DNA from: Urinicoccus sp.
GTDB lineage: Bacteria; Bacillota; Clostridia; Tissierellales; Peptoniphilaceae
Direction: 5' to 3'
Length of the DNA stretch: 36,459 bases
Assembly: GCA_029983435.1 (NCBI GenBank)
Contig: JASBZN010000001.1
Span: forward strand, 1-36,459
Shown here: one piece after another, positions 25,301 through 34,323 of the stretch
Layout of the letters: every line of letters starts with the position of its first letter
Numbering within the stretch: position 1 is the stretch's first letter
Made by a program: the position numbers and the translations under genes
Notes under the pieces: model-generated
What the model was told of the DNA's origin: nothing
Seen by the model: the letters and a program-made list of their open reading frames with translations, nothing else
Databases searched by the model: none

Positions 25301-28300
25301 ATCGTAATGACGCTTACCATTGATTACTGTTTCATTAGGAACAATGGTATATTTTTCTTTGATTTCTTTAAAATCCGTCTTATTCTTTGCAAGAAGTTCT
25401 TTATATGCAGCGCTCTTTGCTTCAGGTGGCATAGAAGTATCATTTTTGATTTTTTGATAAGCCGCTTTCGCTTTTTCCATAAATTTATCTACTTGTGTCT
25501 TACCTCTCTCATCAAGATAATTTACTTCATAAACTCTTTCTTTAAATGGCTTGTAGAAAAATTCAAAGCGATTCTTAGCAAAATTAGGGTTATCTACAAG
25601 TTCCCCTTCTTCATTGTGAACTTTTTCTGCTTCTACTTTTAAAATTTGGTTATAGCTGTTTTCTCTACCAGTTTCATCCTTATATTTCTTATAGTCAGCA
25701 TTGGCATTATAAAGTGCTTCCCACTCAGCTTGAGGAACGAGCAAGTACTTGTCTCCTTGCCGACTTGCAAGGCCTGTTGTGTAAGACCCAACCCTTTTGT
25801 TTTGAAGATTTTGTACATCCTTAGATTCTTCTTCATAATTCAAATTTAAGAAGTGGTGGATGGCCTTAACTGTTATTAGGTCTTGTTTGTTCCAAACCGC
25901 TCTAAGGTGAACATTGCCCACTACTTCGTTGCCAAAGTGATACATTTCAGGAACCTTATATAAGTCCTTGTAACTTGTGTCCACAGTTTCTGTGTCATTT
26001 CCATCTTTGTCTTTTGTATACCTTACAAATTCCCAACCAACAAAGTTGTAGCCAGGTCTTGTTGGTTCAATGACATTCTTAACTCCATCTTGTGGTTCTT
26101 TTAAAATCATCTTGTGGACAAATTTAAAAGTGTTATCTTCACCAGTAACTTTTTCTGGATAAGTGTGCGTTTTGCCATCTATTTCAAGTTTTTTAGATTC
26201 ATCAGAAATATTTTTTGTGCTTAAATCTCTTAAACTTCCGCCATTTGGATCAAATTTTACCTTCCAAATTGTCTCTGGTTCGCCCCACTTGGCGTAGAGA
26301 ACTTGGTCGTAATGAAGTTTTGTTTCATTTCCGTCTTTTACCAGGTTGTTGCCGGCAGGGTCCAGTGCCCAGCCTAAGAAGCTCCAATCCTCTGGTACCC
26401 AATCTGGTCTTTCTGGCACATGTTTTGTATCTAATTGCAAATCCTTTAGTGGCAATTCATAAGGCGCCTCTAAAACATTGTCCTCACCATATTCGCTGTC
26501 ATTTTTTACTGTCTTCGGATCGTTATTTAGTTTTAACTTGTACTTGTTACGAGAGTAGCTTGCATAATTGTAGGCATTTCTCCCATTAAAGGATTTATTG
26601 CTCCAAGGAAAATGGTCGATGTATTCGATCTTGTCGGCGTCGCTTCTAAAAGGCGTTTTTGCCTTTCTCTCTGCATTTAAATCATCAAAAGTTTTCTCGA
26701 CATCACTATCTTTTCCTAGTCCTACCCATTCTGCCCATCTTGTCTCTTGTTTAAGGGTAAAGCCTTGAAGGTGAGGTAAAATAAAGTCATATTCGACTGT
26801 ACTGGTGTCACTCTTCCAATAAGACATGTCATAATCGATTTGTTCCTTGCCATCAAAATCATCTTTTATGAAATCAATATGGTGAACAGTGGCAGCTTCA
26901 TAGTAGCTGGCTCCAAGGGAAATCTCATATTCTCCCCTATCTTTTGTTTGATTTTCTCCTATTGGTATCTTATCTGCGTGACCATGTCCAGAATCGCTAT
27001 CTGTCCCCATTACATCTTCAGCGTCAACAAAATCTTCTGCACTTAAGCGATAAGGCGGCGTGTCACGAAAAATTTGTGGATAATCAATGTCATTATTATT
27101 ATTTATATACCAACCTATTAAGCCGTCGTCTCCATAAGAATCGCTACCATCACCTTTCGGAAGGCCTGAAATTTCCGCATCCTTTGGCCATATTCCTTTT
27201 AAACTTTGATTAAATCTGACATCTACTTTATAAGGAGATCCTTCCTTCCCTATGACTTGTCCATCTCTTGTTATAATCGGCCAGTAGCTAAAATCTGGAT
27301 CATCAAGATTATATGCTGTAAAGTAAAGGGTGTAAACTCTACGGTCGTAGTAAACATTGTAGACTGTTTCCCCTGTTGCGGATACAGATTTTTGAACGTT
27401 CGGGTCTTTTTCAGATGCATTTTGCTTTTTAGTCAAGTCTGCATTTAAGAAGTAGTATCTGGCAAATTCCTCTTTGCTATTTTGAGCCTTTTCCAAGCGT
27501 CCGTCGTTTAGGTCCGGGAAGGTGATGCCATGGATATCTAAATTAGTAAGCTCCGGCGTAGAGCCTGTGTCGGCATCGTCTATTCTTCTTGCGCCGATAA
27601 AGTCGTAGCGATCGCGCAAAGGAAGGGTGTCGTCTTTGTCGTCGTAATCAGGTTTTTCAGTCCAAAATTGGATGACGTATTCTGCTTTATCATTTTCAGT
27701 CCACTGAGCAGTAAAAGTAAGACCTTCTGCTGGCATGGCATTTTTTATGCCATCTTTGAATTTTCCACCTGGCTCAAAATCTGCTTTGGTAATAAGAGTA
27801 TCCTTAGAAAGAGTTTGTTTATTGCCAGCTTGGTCAGTATACGTTATATCTTTATTTACCTTCCAGCCTTGTAACTCTGAGCCCAACTTTTTAATATCAA
27901 AGTTTAATTTTGGTATTGTTTGTCCATAGATGAGGGTCATTCCTGGCAAGTCAGTGCCGCCATTGGAATCAAAATTTACATCAAAAATAGCACGGTTGTA
28001 CCGCATTTCTATTTCAAAATCAGCTGAATTTTGGGGAACTTGGGTTGTTAAGACATTGACTTCAGGAACATAGCCTTTGATTCTTTCGTCATCTAAAGCC
28101 TTTATAGTGACAACTGTTCCTGTTATCCCATTTTGGTATGTGTAGATATAATCTTTATCTCCATCTCTAAGACCATACTTATCTCTATTTTCAAGCTCTT
28201 GGAAAGTGTGTTTGATCTTTATAGTCCCTTGTTTTGCCTTATAAAGATATGGGTGCTCTCTCTTATATTCATTGCCATCCCAGTATCCTTCTCCTTCATT

Positions 28301-28771
28301 TTCTTTAATGTAGTCATAATTTACAGTAAAGCTTTTTGTAGGCGAAGTATAGCCATCAATAGTTGGCAAGTCTATAGTCTTATTTATCTTATATTTTTCT
28401 GCTTCCGTTAAAACTTTTTGTCCTTCATTGCCTTCAAAGTCAGTGTATGTGTAGTCCTCATCACCGACAGTTGCTATATAAGGCTGATAGCCAACGACTT
28501 GTTCTTCGTTTCTTGGAACCTTATAGTCTGCACGTATGGTGTAAAGCTTTGGCATATCAGGATTTTTTATAATATCTCCTGCCTTTTTACCTTCCGGTAA
28601 GACAAGAGGTTGGATGAATGTCCCTTCCTTAATCTGGTTAATATAGTTTGACTTTTCTTTAACCATATGATTGTGATCAAACGCTTCTGCTAGAGTCTGT
28701 ATTGGAAATGCGGTAACAAGCATGATCACCGCCAATAATGCACAAACACTTTGTTTCACAAATTTTTTCAA
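22391..28771 (-). CDS. Large cell-surface protein (2126 aa): InlB-B/Listeria-Bacteroides-type repeats, Pro-rich linker, C-terminal SLH domains
   Basis: TTG start and signal peptide. Repeats VNFDSNGG, VKFDPNGG, LTYEAGEG and VNFNTNGG each followed by F/LxGW...xAxW/Y. PYPVPQPYPSPYPVP linker. SLH motifs FRPDDGLTRAE, GYDDGEFKPNQKISRAE and HWA...PITRKE. Confidence 0.9.
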   Translation of the reverse strand: MKKFVKQSVCALLAVIMLVTAFPIQTLAEAFDHNHMVKEKSNYINQIKEGTFIQPLVLPEGKKAGDIIKNPDMPKLYTIRADYKVPRNEEQVVGYQPYIATVGDEDYTYTDFEGNEGQKVLTEAEKYKINKTIDLPTIDGYTSPTKSFTVNYDYIKENEGEGYWDGNEYKREHPYLYKAKQGTIKIKHTFQELENRDKYGLRDGDKDYIYTYQNGITGTVVTIKALDDERIKGYVPEVNVLTTQVPQNSADFEIEMRYNRAIFDVNFDSNGGTDLPGMTLIYGQTIPKLNFDIKKLGSELQGWKVNKDITYTDQAGNKQTLSKDTLITKADFEPGGKFKDGIKNAMPAEGLTFTAQWTENDKAEYVIQFWTEKPDYDDKDDTLPLRDRYDFIGARRIDDADTGSTPELTNLDIHGITFPDLNDGRLEKAQNSKEEFARYYFLNADLTKKQNASEKDPNVQKSVSATGETVYNVYYDRRVYTLYFTAYNLDDPDFSYWPIITRDGQVIGKEGSPYKVDVRFNQSLKGIWPKDAEISGLPKGDGSDSYGDDGLIGWYINNNNDIDYPQIFRDTPPYRLSAEDFVDAEDVMGTDSDSGHGHADKIPIGENQTKDRGEYEISLGASYYEAATVHHIDFIKDDFDGKEQIDYDMSYWKSDTSTVEYDFILPHLQGFTLKQETRWAEWVGLGKDSDVEKTFDDLNAERKAKTPFRSDADKIEYIDHFPWSNKSFNGRNAYNYASYSRNKYKLKLNNDPKTVKNDSEYGEDNVLEAPYELPLKDLQLDTKHVPERPDWVPEDWSFLGWALDPAGNNLVKDGNETKLHYDQVLYAKWGEPETIWKVKFDPNGGSLRDLSTKNISDESKKLEIDGKTHTYPEKVTGEDNTFKFVHKMILKEPQDGVKNVIEPTRPGYNFVGWEFVRYTKDKDGNDTETVDTSYKDLYKVPEMYHFGNEVVGNVHLRAVWNKQDLITVKAIHHFLNLNYEEESKDVQNLQNKRVGSYTTGLASRQGDKYLLVPQAEWEALYNANADYKKYKDETGRENSYNQILKVEAEKVHNEEGELVDNPNFAKNRFEFFYKPFKERVYEVNYLDERGKTQVDKFMEKAKAAYQKIKNDTSMPPEAKSAAYKELLAKNKTDFKEIKEKYTIVPNETVINGKRHYDARNYRRIPGWVLNDKPQQQVFFDIYEDTDTFAGINETGLDEINFFYKDVRVIEVKDPNDPVPDGYVRVTFKADNGGNFTDAKDNLVRELYYDVIVGLKSDNLLVPEEVKEGEEKVEGKYYITPDAGKKFTKWDNEKLLNSNTIIDKKYTFTAYFDWSGVKVHELVRTESYKDPDGNWINNFAPTLDELKDQVKWVNKNGKESGLPKDATVTIMDEAGNELTQDAIYKKLKELGKLDSEELVRTVNFKAKVNFADNSVQDIEIPVKIYKNRYEALTSGEKPEFLSKAENGELKDITGGYVKVTVNPTGKAGEKDSKIYYVNPKAWVEIPEIKLTEEEKEKLGFTHWTSNNNKVNTNGEYIFEKDNIKQRYMFTEDTLIYPEFSNISNTVTLTYEAGEGTGTPPSPQSTEKGKAITLADSNGLSKENAVFKGWKIGDQIYRPGQSVTLTEDSTATAVWTTNGHTVNFNTNGGSYIASKTVEHGQVIGEVTPPEKADYTFTGWTLDEKAFDPTKDPVTQDMTLEAQYVPNVIPQTGDQKPGNVPEYFVLVTVDPTDKATDPASRLFWVNPNKTVKIPAEDPTGKKDGDTQYVFDKWEPTLVGQFKEGTTITAQYREQKPGTPVFDPTIQTRVVTTDLNVQPGLGAYQEQIKSDKDFTVEEVVQQPEVGKDGMTSAKVRIRFRENGMTQLVDILVYVKPGPDIIEKPYPVPQPYPSPYPVPVPGQTKTETVYKDRQVLRREVRYMEGFQGKFRPDDGLTRAEAAQILANALKQDGYPFDLNYKLPYKDTKQIKWFNDAVKITTQAKVFVGYDDGEFKPNQKISRAEWIATLRRFQYVDKEAGNAMKLRPNHWAMGEIQGAYKKGWLTIYTEGLIPFAYDAPITRKEVAAVSNRAFRRIQDEDFMKGNENYLINYSDINPSMWAYYDILCASNTFLHQRGGRYIAYGKDKKAYSIDVKDAIIEQDLFQWIPRQK

Positions 28772-29235
28772 GTCTCTTCCACCTATCTTTCATTTAATTT
28801 TTTCATTCCACACAGATCGTGTACACTTACCTCTTTAGCCTTATAATTCTACCAACAATTATAAGTACTCCTTAGTTTATGTCTTTATTGTAATAAATAA
28901 GTGGTGTTTTTTCAAGTTATTTGCAAGCTTATAGCAGGTTTTTCCCGCATCAAAATCATCCACCACAATCCCATGGAAAGCTTGGGAAAAATCCTACTTT
29001 TAAAAAAGTCTTCTCTATTTACTCCCCAAAAAATTCTTTCTAAAATTTTTTTAAATTTTTTAAATAAAGCTAGCAATTTATAGTTTTTTAGTGTAAAATA
29101 CTTAATATAGTAATATCGTATATTATATAGGTGTTATAGTATCCGATATCGCTACATAGTAAATTTCAAATCGGCATAATCTATTCTGACAATTTAAAGT
29201 GTATATTTTTACTTCAATTTAGAAAGGAGTTAACA

Positions 29236-32142
29236 ATGAATCGTAAAAGCACCCTATTTTTAATGCTTTTACTGACCTTTCTCCTTGGTTTGTTTTCAGG
29301 CAAATCGGAAGTTTACGCTCAAGAAGCTACGACGCAACCCGAAACAAAAGTCGAGATCGGTAAGGAAAAAGCAAATGTAAAAAACCCGTCCCAAGAAGCG
29401 GCTACGACTTCTTCGGGAGAGGATCTTGAAAAAAAACAAGAGCCTCCAAAGGTAGAAGAGACGAAAAAAGAAGCTACCTCTGTAGAAAAACAAGCTCCGG
29501 AAGAATTAAAAGAAGACCAAAACTCTCCTCAAAATTCCAAGGATGCAGTAGTAAAAGAAGCTCAAAAGCCTCAATCCCCTTCTGAAGAAATCCAAGAGGC
29601 AGATCCTGAAAAACCTACTTCCAAGCCCGAAACCCAAGACCTTAATGAGGGTGACGGCAAGCCAGAAGCTCAAGATCCTAGCGAGGATACCGAAAATCGA
29701 GACGCTTCAGAAGAAAACTCTGAAGAAGCTACAGACCCTGAAACAAAAGAGCCTGCCCTGGAAGCAAAAGAAGAAGAAAAGCTTCAAGCCCTACCAGAAG
29801 AGGAAAATCCGAAAGATATCTACTTAAATGGTCAAGATGGTAATGATGAAAATGATGGTTCGAGCCGGGACAAAGCTTTAAAGACCTTTGATAAGGCAAA
29901 AGACAAAGCTCGTAACGACAAAAACATCAAAAATATTTATGTTACAGGCACTACTTCTGTGGAAGGCGATGTGAACCTGGATGAAACCAACGCCAAACTT
30001 GTCCGCGATGAAAACTTTAATGGCTATTTATTGCGCGTAGAAGATGGAAAAACAGCGAACCTCACTAACATCACCGTTGATGGAAATGCAGACAAGAACG
30101 AAAACATCGAAAAGTCTTTAATTGAAGTGAAAAGCGGCGCAACCCTTACCATTGGTGAAGGTGTCGTTTTAAAAAACAATCAAATCAAAGACATTAAAAA
30201 TACCGCTACTGAAGGTGGAGCAGTGCACGCTAATCACGCTACTGTCAACATGACAGGCGGAAGTATTGAAAATAACCAAGCCACTTATGGCGGGGGAATC
30301 TACCTAAATGGATCGACCCTAAACTTCTCTGGCGGGATTGTTCAAAAGAACACTTCTAAAAGAGTTTATGACCGTGCTTATAGCCAAATTTATTCTGCAG
30401 GTGGCGGAATCCTGGCAGATGAAGGATCTACTATTAATTTATCTGGCACTGCTACCGTTTCAGGAAACTCTGCTGCAGAAATTGGCGGCGGCATTAGCTT
30501 GGGCTCAAACCAAGCAGGACTCACTAGTATCTTAAAGATGACTGGCGGCATTATTGACGGAAACACTGCTGGCGCTTCTGGCGGTGGACTCTTTATTCAA
30601 GGTGGCTTATATGATGGTTATCAATCAAAGGCCTATATTTCCGCTGGACAAATTACCAATAACAAAATGGACGGATTAGGCGTAACTGAAAAAGCTTTTG
30701 GCGGCGGTGGCATTTATGTCAATGGTGTTTCAGATCCATTTATTTGGCAAGGTACTACTTATCATGGTGTAAATGGTGAGCTTTACCTTAAAAATGTTTT
30801 AATTACGAAAAATACATCTGATTTAGAAGGTGCTGGCATGGCAAACTGCCCCATCTCTAAAACCACTATTTATGTAAATAACGGTGCAGCCCTTTATGGT
30901 AATACTTCTAAAACCATTGGAAATGAATTATTTATTTATTCTAATAAAAACTTTTGGACCCACAGTGGGGAAGCAAGATATGAACTTTCCAAGTGGATGT
31001 TAGGCGGCGCCCCCTTTAACTGGAAGTCTTATACCGGGGAGTCCTTACCCGATGAAAAACTTCAAGGTATTCTTGAAGCAAGTGCTAGTAAACCTAGTTT
31101 TTTAGCCCTTAATGTTGATTCTCAAGGCAATGCCTTAACACAAGCCCTTGCCAAAGTTATTATTTCTGGCAACTATTCTGCTACTCGTGGTGGCGGAATT
31201 GGTAGTAACGGGACGGTAGTGATTGGTACAGAAGGAGCTACAACAGAAGTTTCTGTAACCAAGAAATGGGAAGACGGAAACAACGCAAAGAGCAAGCGTC
31301 CAGACACTATTCAGGTGCAACTCCTTGCCAAGTATAATGGGAAGGAATACCTAGTAGAAACAAGAGAAGTGAGCAAAGAAGAAAATTGGGAAACTACCTT
31401 TTCAAATCTTCCTATCTACAATGAAAAGGAAAAAATCATCTACACTGTAAAAGAACTAGGAATTCCAGGTTATGAATCCATCCTCACAGGAGACATGACC
31501 CAAGGCTTTACTATTACCAATAAAGAAAAACCTGAAGAACCCAAAACTAGAGACATTAAAGTGAAGAAAAATTGGGATCTTGTTGGTAGCGAAAAACCTG
31601 TAGATAAAATTGAGGTAGAACTTTACCGAGATGGAAACTCCACTGGCAAAAAACTAGAATTAAACGAAGCCAACAACTGGTCTGGTGTCTTTAAAAATTT
31701 AGAAATTGCCAGCACAGAAAACCCCTCTAAAGAATATATCTATAGTATAAAAGAAATTGGTGAAAACAAGGGATTGATTCAGTTTGGTGAAAAGACTTTT
31801 GTAGTAAGCTACGAAGGAAACATGACAGACGGTTTTACTATTACTAACAAGGAAAAACCAGAAACACCACCAGAAACTCCTCCGGAAACACCTCCAGAGA
31901 CACCACCAGAAACTCCTCCGGAAACACCAGAAACTCCTCCGGAAACACCTCCAGAAAGTTTTGAATCCTACCCAGAAAAACCCTTAGCACCTCCAGAAAC
32001 AGAAGAAACAACTCCAGTAAAATCAACTAGCCCTCCAGGAGGCGCTCCCAAAACCTACGACCCAGGCTTTGGAATTTACCTAGCCTTAGCCACAGTATCT
32101 AGTTTCGGTTTAGGCATCTTTGGTCGTAAAAAAGAAAATTAA
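29236..32142 (+). CDS. Cell-wall-anchored adhesin-like protein: acidic low-complexity N-terminus, predicted right-handed beta-helix, two CnaB domains, Pro-rich stalk, sortase-like tail
   Basis: Signal peptide; IYLNGQDGNDENDGS; repeated GGAV/GGGIY/GGGIL/GGGIS/GGGLF; VTKKWED..RPDTIQVQL and VKKNWD..IEVELYRDG, each ending FTITN; (PETP)n; APKTYDPG, hydrophobic helix and RKKEN. AAGGAG RBS. Confidence 0.88.
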   Translation: MNRKSTLFLMLLLTFLLGLFSGKSEVYAQEATTQPETKVEIGKEKANVKNPSQEAATTSSGEDLEKKQEPPKVEETKKEATSVEKQAPEELKEDQNSPQNSKDAVVKEAQKPQSPSEEIQEADPEKPTSKPETQDLNEGDGKPEAQDPSEDTENRDASEENSEEATDPETKEPALEAKEEEKLQALPEEENPKDIYLNGQDGNDENDGSSRDKALKTFDKAKDKARNDKNIKNIYVTGTTSVEGDVNLDETNAKLVRDENFNGYLLRVEDGKTANLTNITVDGNADKNENIEKSLIEVKSGATLTIGEGVVLKNNQIKDIKNTATEGGAVHANHATVNMTGGSIENNQATYGGGIYLNGSTLNFSGGIVQKNTSKRVYDRAYSQIYSAGGGILADEGSTINLSGTATVSGNSAAEIGGGISLGSNQAGLTSILKMTGGIIDGNTAGASGGGLFIQGGLYDGYQSKAYISAGQITNNKMDGLGVTEKAFGGGGIYVNGVSDPFIWQGTTYHGVNGELYLKNVLITKNTSDLEGAGMANCPISKTTIYVNNGAALYGNTSKTIGNELFIYSNKNFWTHSGEARYELSKWMLGGAPFNWKSYTGESLPDEKLQGILEASASKPSFLALNVDSQGNALTQALAKVIISGNYSATRGGGIGSNGTVVIGTEGATTEVSVTKKWEDGNNAKSKRPDTIQVQLLAKYNGKEYLVETREVSKEENWETTFSNLPIYNEKEKIIYTVKELGIPGYESILTGDMTQGFTITNKEKPEEPKTRDIKVKKNWDLVGSEKPVDKIEVELYRDGNSTGKKLELNEANNWSGVFKNLEIASTENPSKEYIYSIKEIGENKGLIQFGEKTFVVSYEGNMTDGFTITNKEKPETPPETPPETPPETPPETPPETPETPPETPPESFESYPEKPLAPPETEETTPVKSTSPPGGAPKTYDPGFGIYLALATVSSFGLGIFGRKKEN
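31858..31956 (+). repeat. Coding tandem repeat, mostly 12-bp units encoding (PETP)n
   Basis: CCAGAAACACCA/CCAGAAACTCCT/CCGGAAACACCT units, with one 9-bp unit (PET). Confidence 0.9.
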
Positions 32143-32164
32143 ATAAAAAATAATCAACCGATCC

Positions 32165-32209
32165 TATCTGCTGGGAGATGTAAAATCATCTTCTGGCAGA
32201 TATTTTTTT
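32165..32209 (+). terminator. Rho-independent terminator of the CnaB protein gene
   Basis: TATCTGCTGGGAGATG / CATCTTCTGGCAGATA stem (with G-U pairs) followed by T7. Confidence 0.85.
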
Positions 32210-32234
32210 GCCATTAAAATCCCATCTTTCCTGA

Positions 32235-32546
32235 TTATTTCTCTGATGTAGCCGATGTTAAGATTTTTGCTATAGAGGTAGCCCTTTCTTTTCTAAGGAT
32301 GGCAGGCAACCTCATAACACCATAAACTAGATCTTTTCCCATGTCTGTCCTTAACTTCGGTCCTTCCTAAGAATTAGTCATCCAACCGTACTCAAAAATT
32401 GCATATTGGTGATTTTTCTCTTCCTCAGAATTTTAATCCATACATTTATACTTATCAATGTATCTAAATAGTTTTAAGCTCATTTTTTTGTATTGAATGG
32501 CTCGTTTTTCTTGTGGTTTGGCATCTAGTTTATTTTTATCCGATGC
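32235..32546 (-). pseudogene. Possible degraded gene remnant of unknown origin
   Basis: One minus-strand frame runs 104 codons with two internal stops (ASDKNKLDAKPQEKRAIQYKK...*...*EGPKLRTDMGKDLVYGVMRLPAILRK...) in a roughly 500-bp gap. No start or RBS. Confidence 0.25.
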
Positions 32547-32725
32547 TGTAGAACGTTCGTCATTCTATGGTAGAAAAACAATCGTATGGTTCTCTTTCTT
32601 CTAACTGTTTAAGTGGATCCCTTCTTTATTTTTCGTCTTTTTAAAAAAGATATTACAAATCGATGGAAAATAAGTTAGTAAAATATGGCATCATCAGATA
32701 TAATTGTTTACATAAGGAGGTCATT

Positions 32726-34201
32726 ATGGAAAAGATGTTACTTGGAAAAGCAGATGATCCAGTCTATCTACTTGCAAATAAGGCAAATCAACATGGCATG
32801 ATTGCAGGAGCGACAGGTACTGGAAAAACCGTCACCTTAAAGGTCTTATGTGAATATTTTTCGTCAATAGGAGTTCCCACAATTTTAACAGACGTCAAAG
32901 GGGACCTTGTAAACATGTCCCTTCCAGGAGAAATAAATGACAAGATAAAAGAGAGAATCGATTCTATCGGCATGGAAGGGTTTGAACCTCAAAACTATCC
33001 CCTACATCTTTGGGATGTATATGGCGAGGAAGGCGTCCCCCTTCGAATTACAATCTCTCAAATGGGACCTTTGATGCTTGCAAGAGTCTTGGAGCTCAAC
33101 GACACACAAGAAGGCATTTTAAACATCGCCTTTCGAGTGGCGGATGAAAATGGACTCCTCTTACTTGACTTAAAAGATTTAAGAGCCCTTTTAAACTACT
33201 TGTCAGAAAATCGCCAAGAACTTTCAAAAAAATACGGCAACATTGCACCGCAATCCCTTGCCACAATTCAAAGAAAAATTTTAATGGTGGAAGAAATGGG
33301 AGGAGAAAAATTTTTCCAAGAACCTTCTGTTAAAATCCAAGACTTCCTCCAAGTAGATACAACAGGCATGGGTGTTGTCAATGTCATTATGGCAAAAAAA
33401 TTAATCAATCGTCCGGAACTTTACAGCATGTTTTTGCTCTGGCTGCTTTCAGAACTCTTTGAAAATTTGCCAGAAGTAGGAAACCCCGAAAAGCCTAAAT
33501 GCGTCTTCTTCTTTGACGAAGCACACCTGTTATTTGCAAATGCACCCAAGCACATGGTGGAAAAAATTACCCAAATCGTAAGGCTTATCCGCTCAAAAGG
33601 CGTAGGAATATTTTTTATCACCCAAAACCCCATAGATATTCCAGCGGAAATTTTAAACCAACTGGGTAACCGAGTGCTCCATCAACTGAGAGCCTTTTCG
33701 CCAAGAGAAATGCAAGCGGTAAAAGAAATGGCCATGACCTTCCGACCCAATCCCAAATTTGAAGTAAAAGACGAAGTTATGAACTTAAAAACAGGTGAGG
33801 CTCTCGTCTCAACCCTCTTAGAGGACGGCAGTCCCTCTCCTGTGGCAAAGACACTCATTGTGCCGCCCCACTCCTCCTTTAAGACACTAAGTGAAGAGGA
33901 TTTAAAATATATTAAAGAAAACTCACCATACTACAGAATCTATAAGGACTTAATAGACAGAGAGAGCGCTTACGAAATATTGGAAGAACAAGCACTTCAA
34001 AGTGAAAAAGAAGAACAACTTAGAAAAGAAAGAGAAGCCTTGGAAAAGGAAAAACTTGCCATGGAAAAAGAAAGGTCAAGACAGTACGGACGAAATAAAT
34101 CCTATGTGGATAAAAGCATTGACTCAATACTTGGCTCTGTAACAAGAACAATTGGCAGAGAAATCGGACGATCCATCATGGGATCCTTAAAAAAGAGGTA
34201 A
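32726..34201 (+). CDS. DUF853 / HerA-like P-loop ATPase (YjgR-like); start revised to 32726
   Basis: ANQHGMIAGATGTGKTVTL, DVKGDL, LLSELFENLPEVG, FFFDEAHLLF, LIRSKGVGIFFITQNP and QLGNRVLHQLRAFSP. AAGGAGG RBS before MEKMLLGK. Confidence 0.92.
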   Translation: MEKMLLGKADDPVYLLANKANQHGMIAGATGTGKTVTLKVLCEYFSSIGVPTILTDVKGDLVNMSLPGEINDKIKERIDSIGMEGFEPQNYPLHLWDVYGEEGVPLRITISQMGPLMLARVLELNDTQEGILNIAFRVADENGLLLLDLKDLRALLNYLSENRQELSKKYGNIAPQSLATIQRKILMVEEMGGEKFFQEPSVKIQDFLQVDTTGMGVVNVIMAKKLINRPELYSMFLLWLLSELFENLPEVGNPEKPKCVFFFDEAHLLFANAPKHMVEKITQIVRLIRSKGVGIFFITQNPIDIPAEILNQLGNRVLHQLRAFSPREMQAVKEMAMTFRPNPKFEVKDEVMNLKTGEALVSTLLEDGSPSPVAKTLIVPPHSSFKTLSEEDLKYIKENSPYYRIYKDLIDRESAYEILEEQALQSEKEEQLRKEREALEKEKLAMEKERSRQYGRNKSYVDKSIDSILGSVTRTIGREIGRSIMGSLKKR

Positions 34202-34232
34202 GGTTCTATAACAAGGATAAAATTTCAAAAAA

Positions 34233-34270
34233 TAAAAAGGCTATAAACGAAAAAGTTTGTAGCCTTTTTA
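34233..34270. terminator. Terminator downstream of the DUF853 gene (symmetrical)
   Basis: TAAAAAGGCTATAAAC-GAAAAA-GTTTGTAGCCTTTTTA. Confidence 0.8.
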
Positions 34271-34296
34271 TATGCTCAACAATATTCTGTTCCTAC

Positions 34297-34323
34297 AAAA
34301 AGACCGAGTTTCCTCGGTCTTTT
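34297..34323 (-). terminator. Terminator for a minus-strand transcript (catalase mRNA or a small RNA)
   Basis: AAAAGACCGAG-TTTC-CTCGGTCTTTT (GAAA loop on - strand). Confidence 0.8.

Noticed and set aside
28772..29235. Invertible phase-variation switch between the two surface protein genes
   Set aside because: I saw no long flanking inverted repeats and no recombinase in the window.
32726..34201. HerA-type anti-phage defence system
   Set aside because: The motifs match the widespread stand-alone DUF853/YjgR family, and there is no adjacent nuclease, SIR2 or other effector gene.
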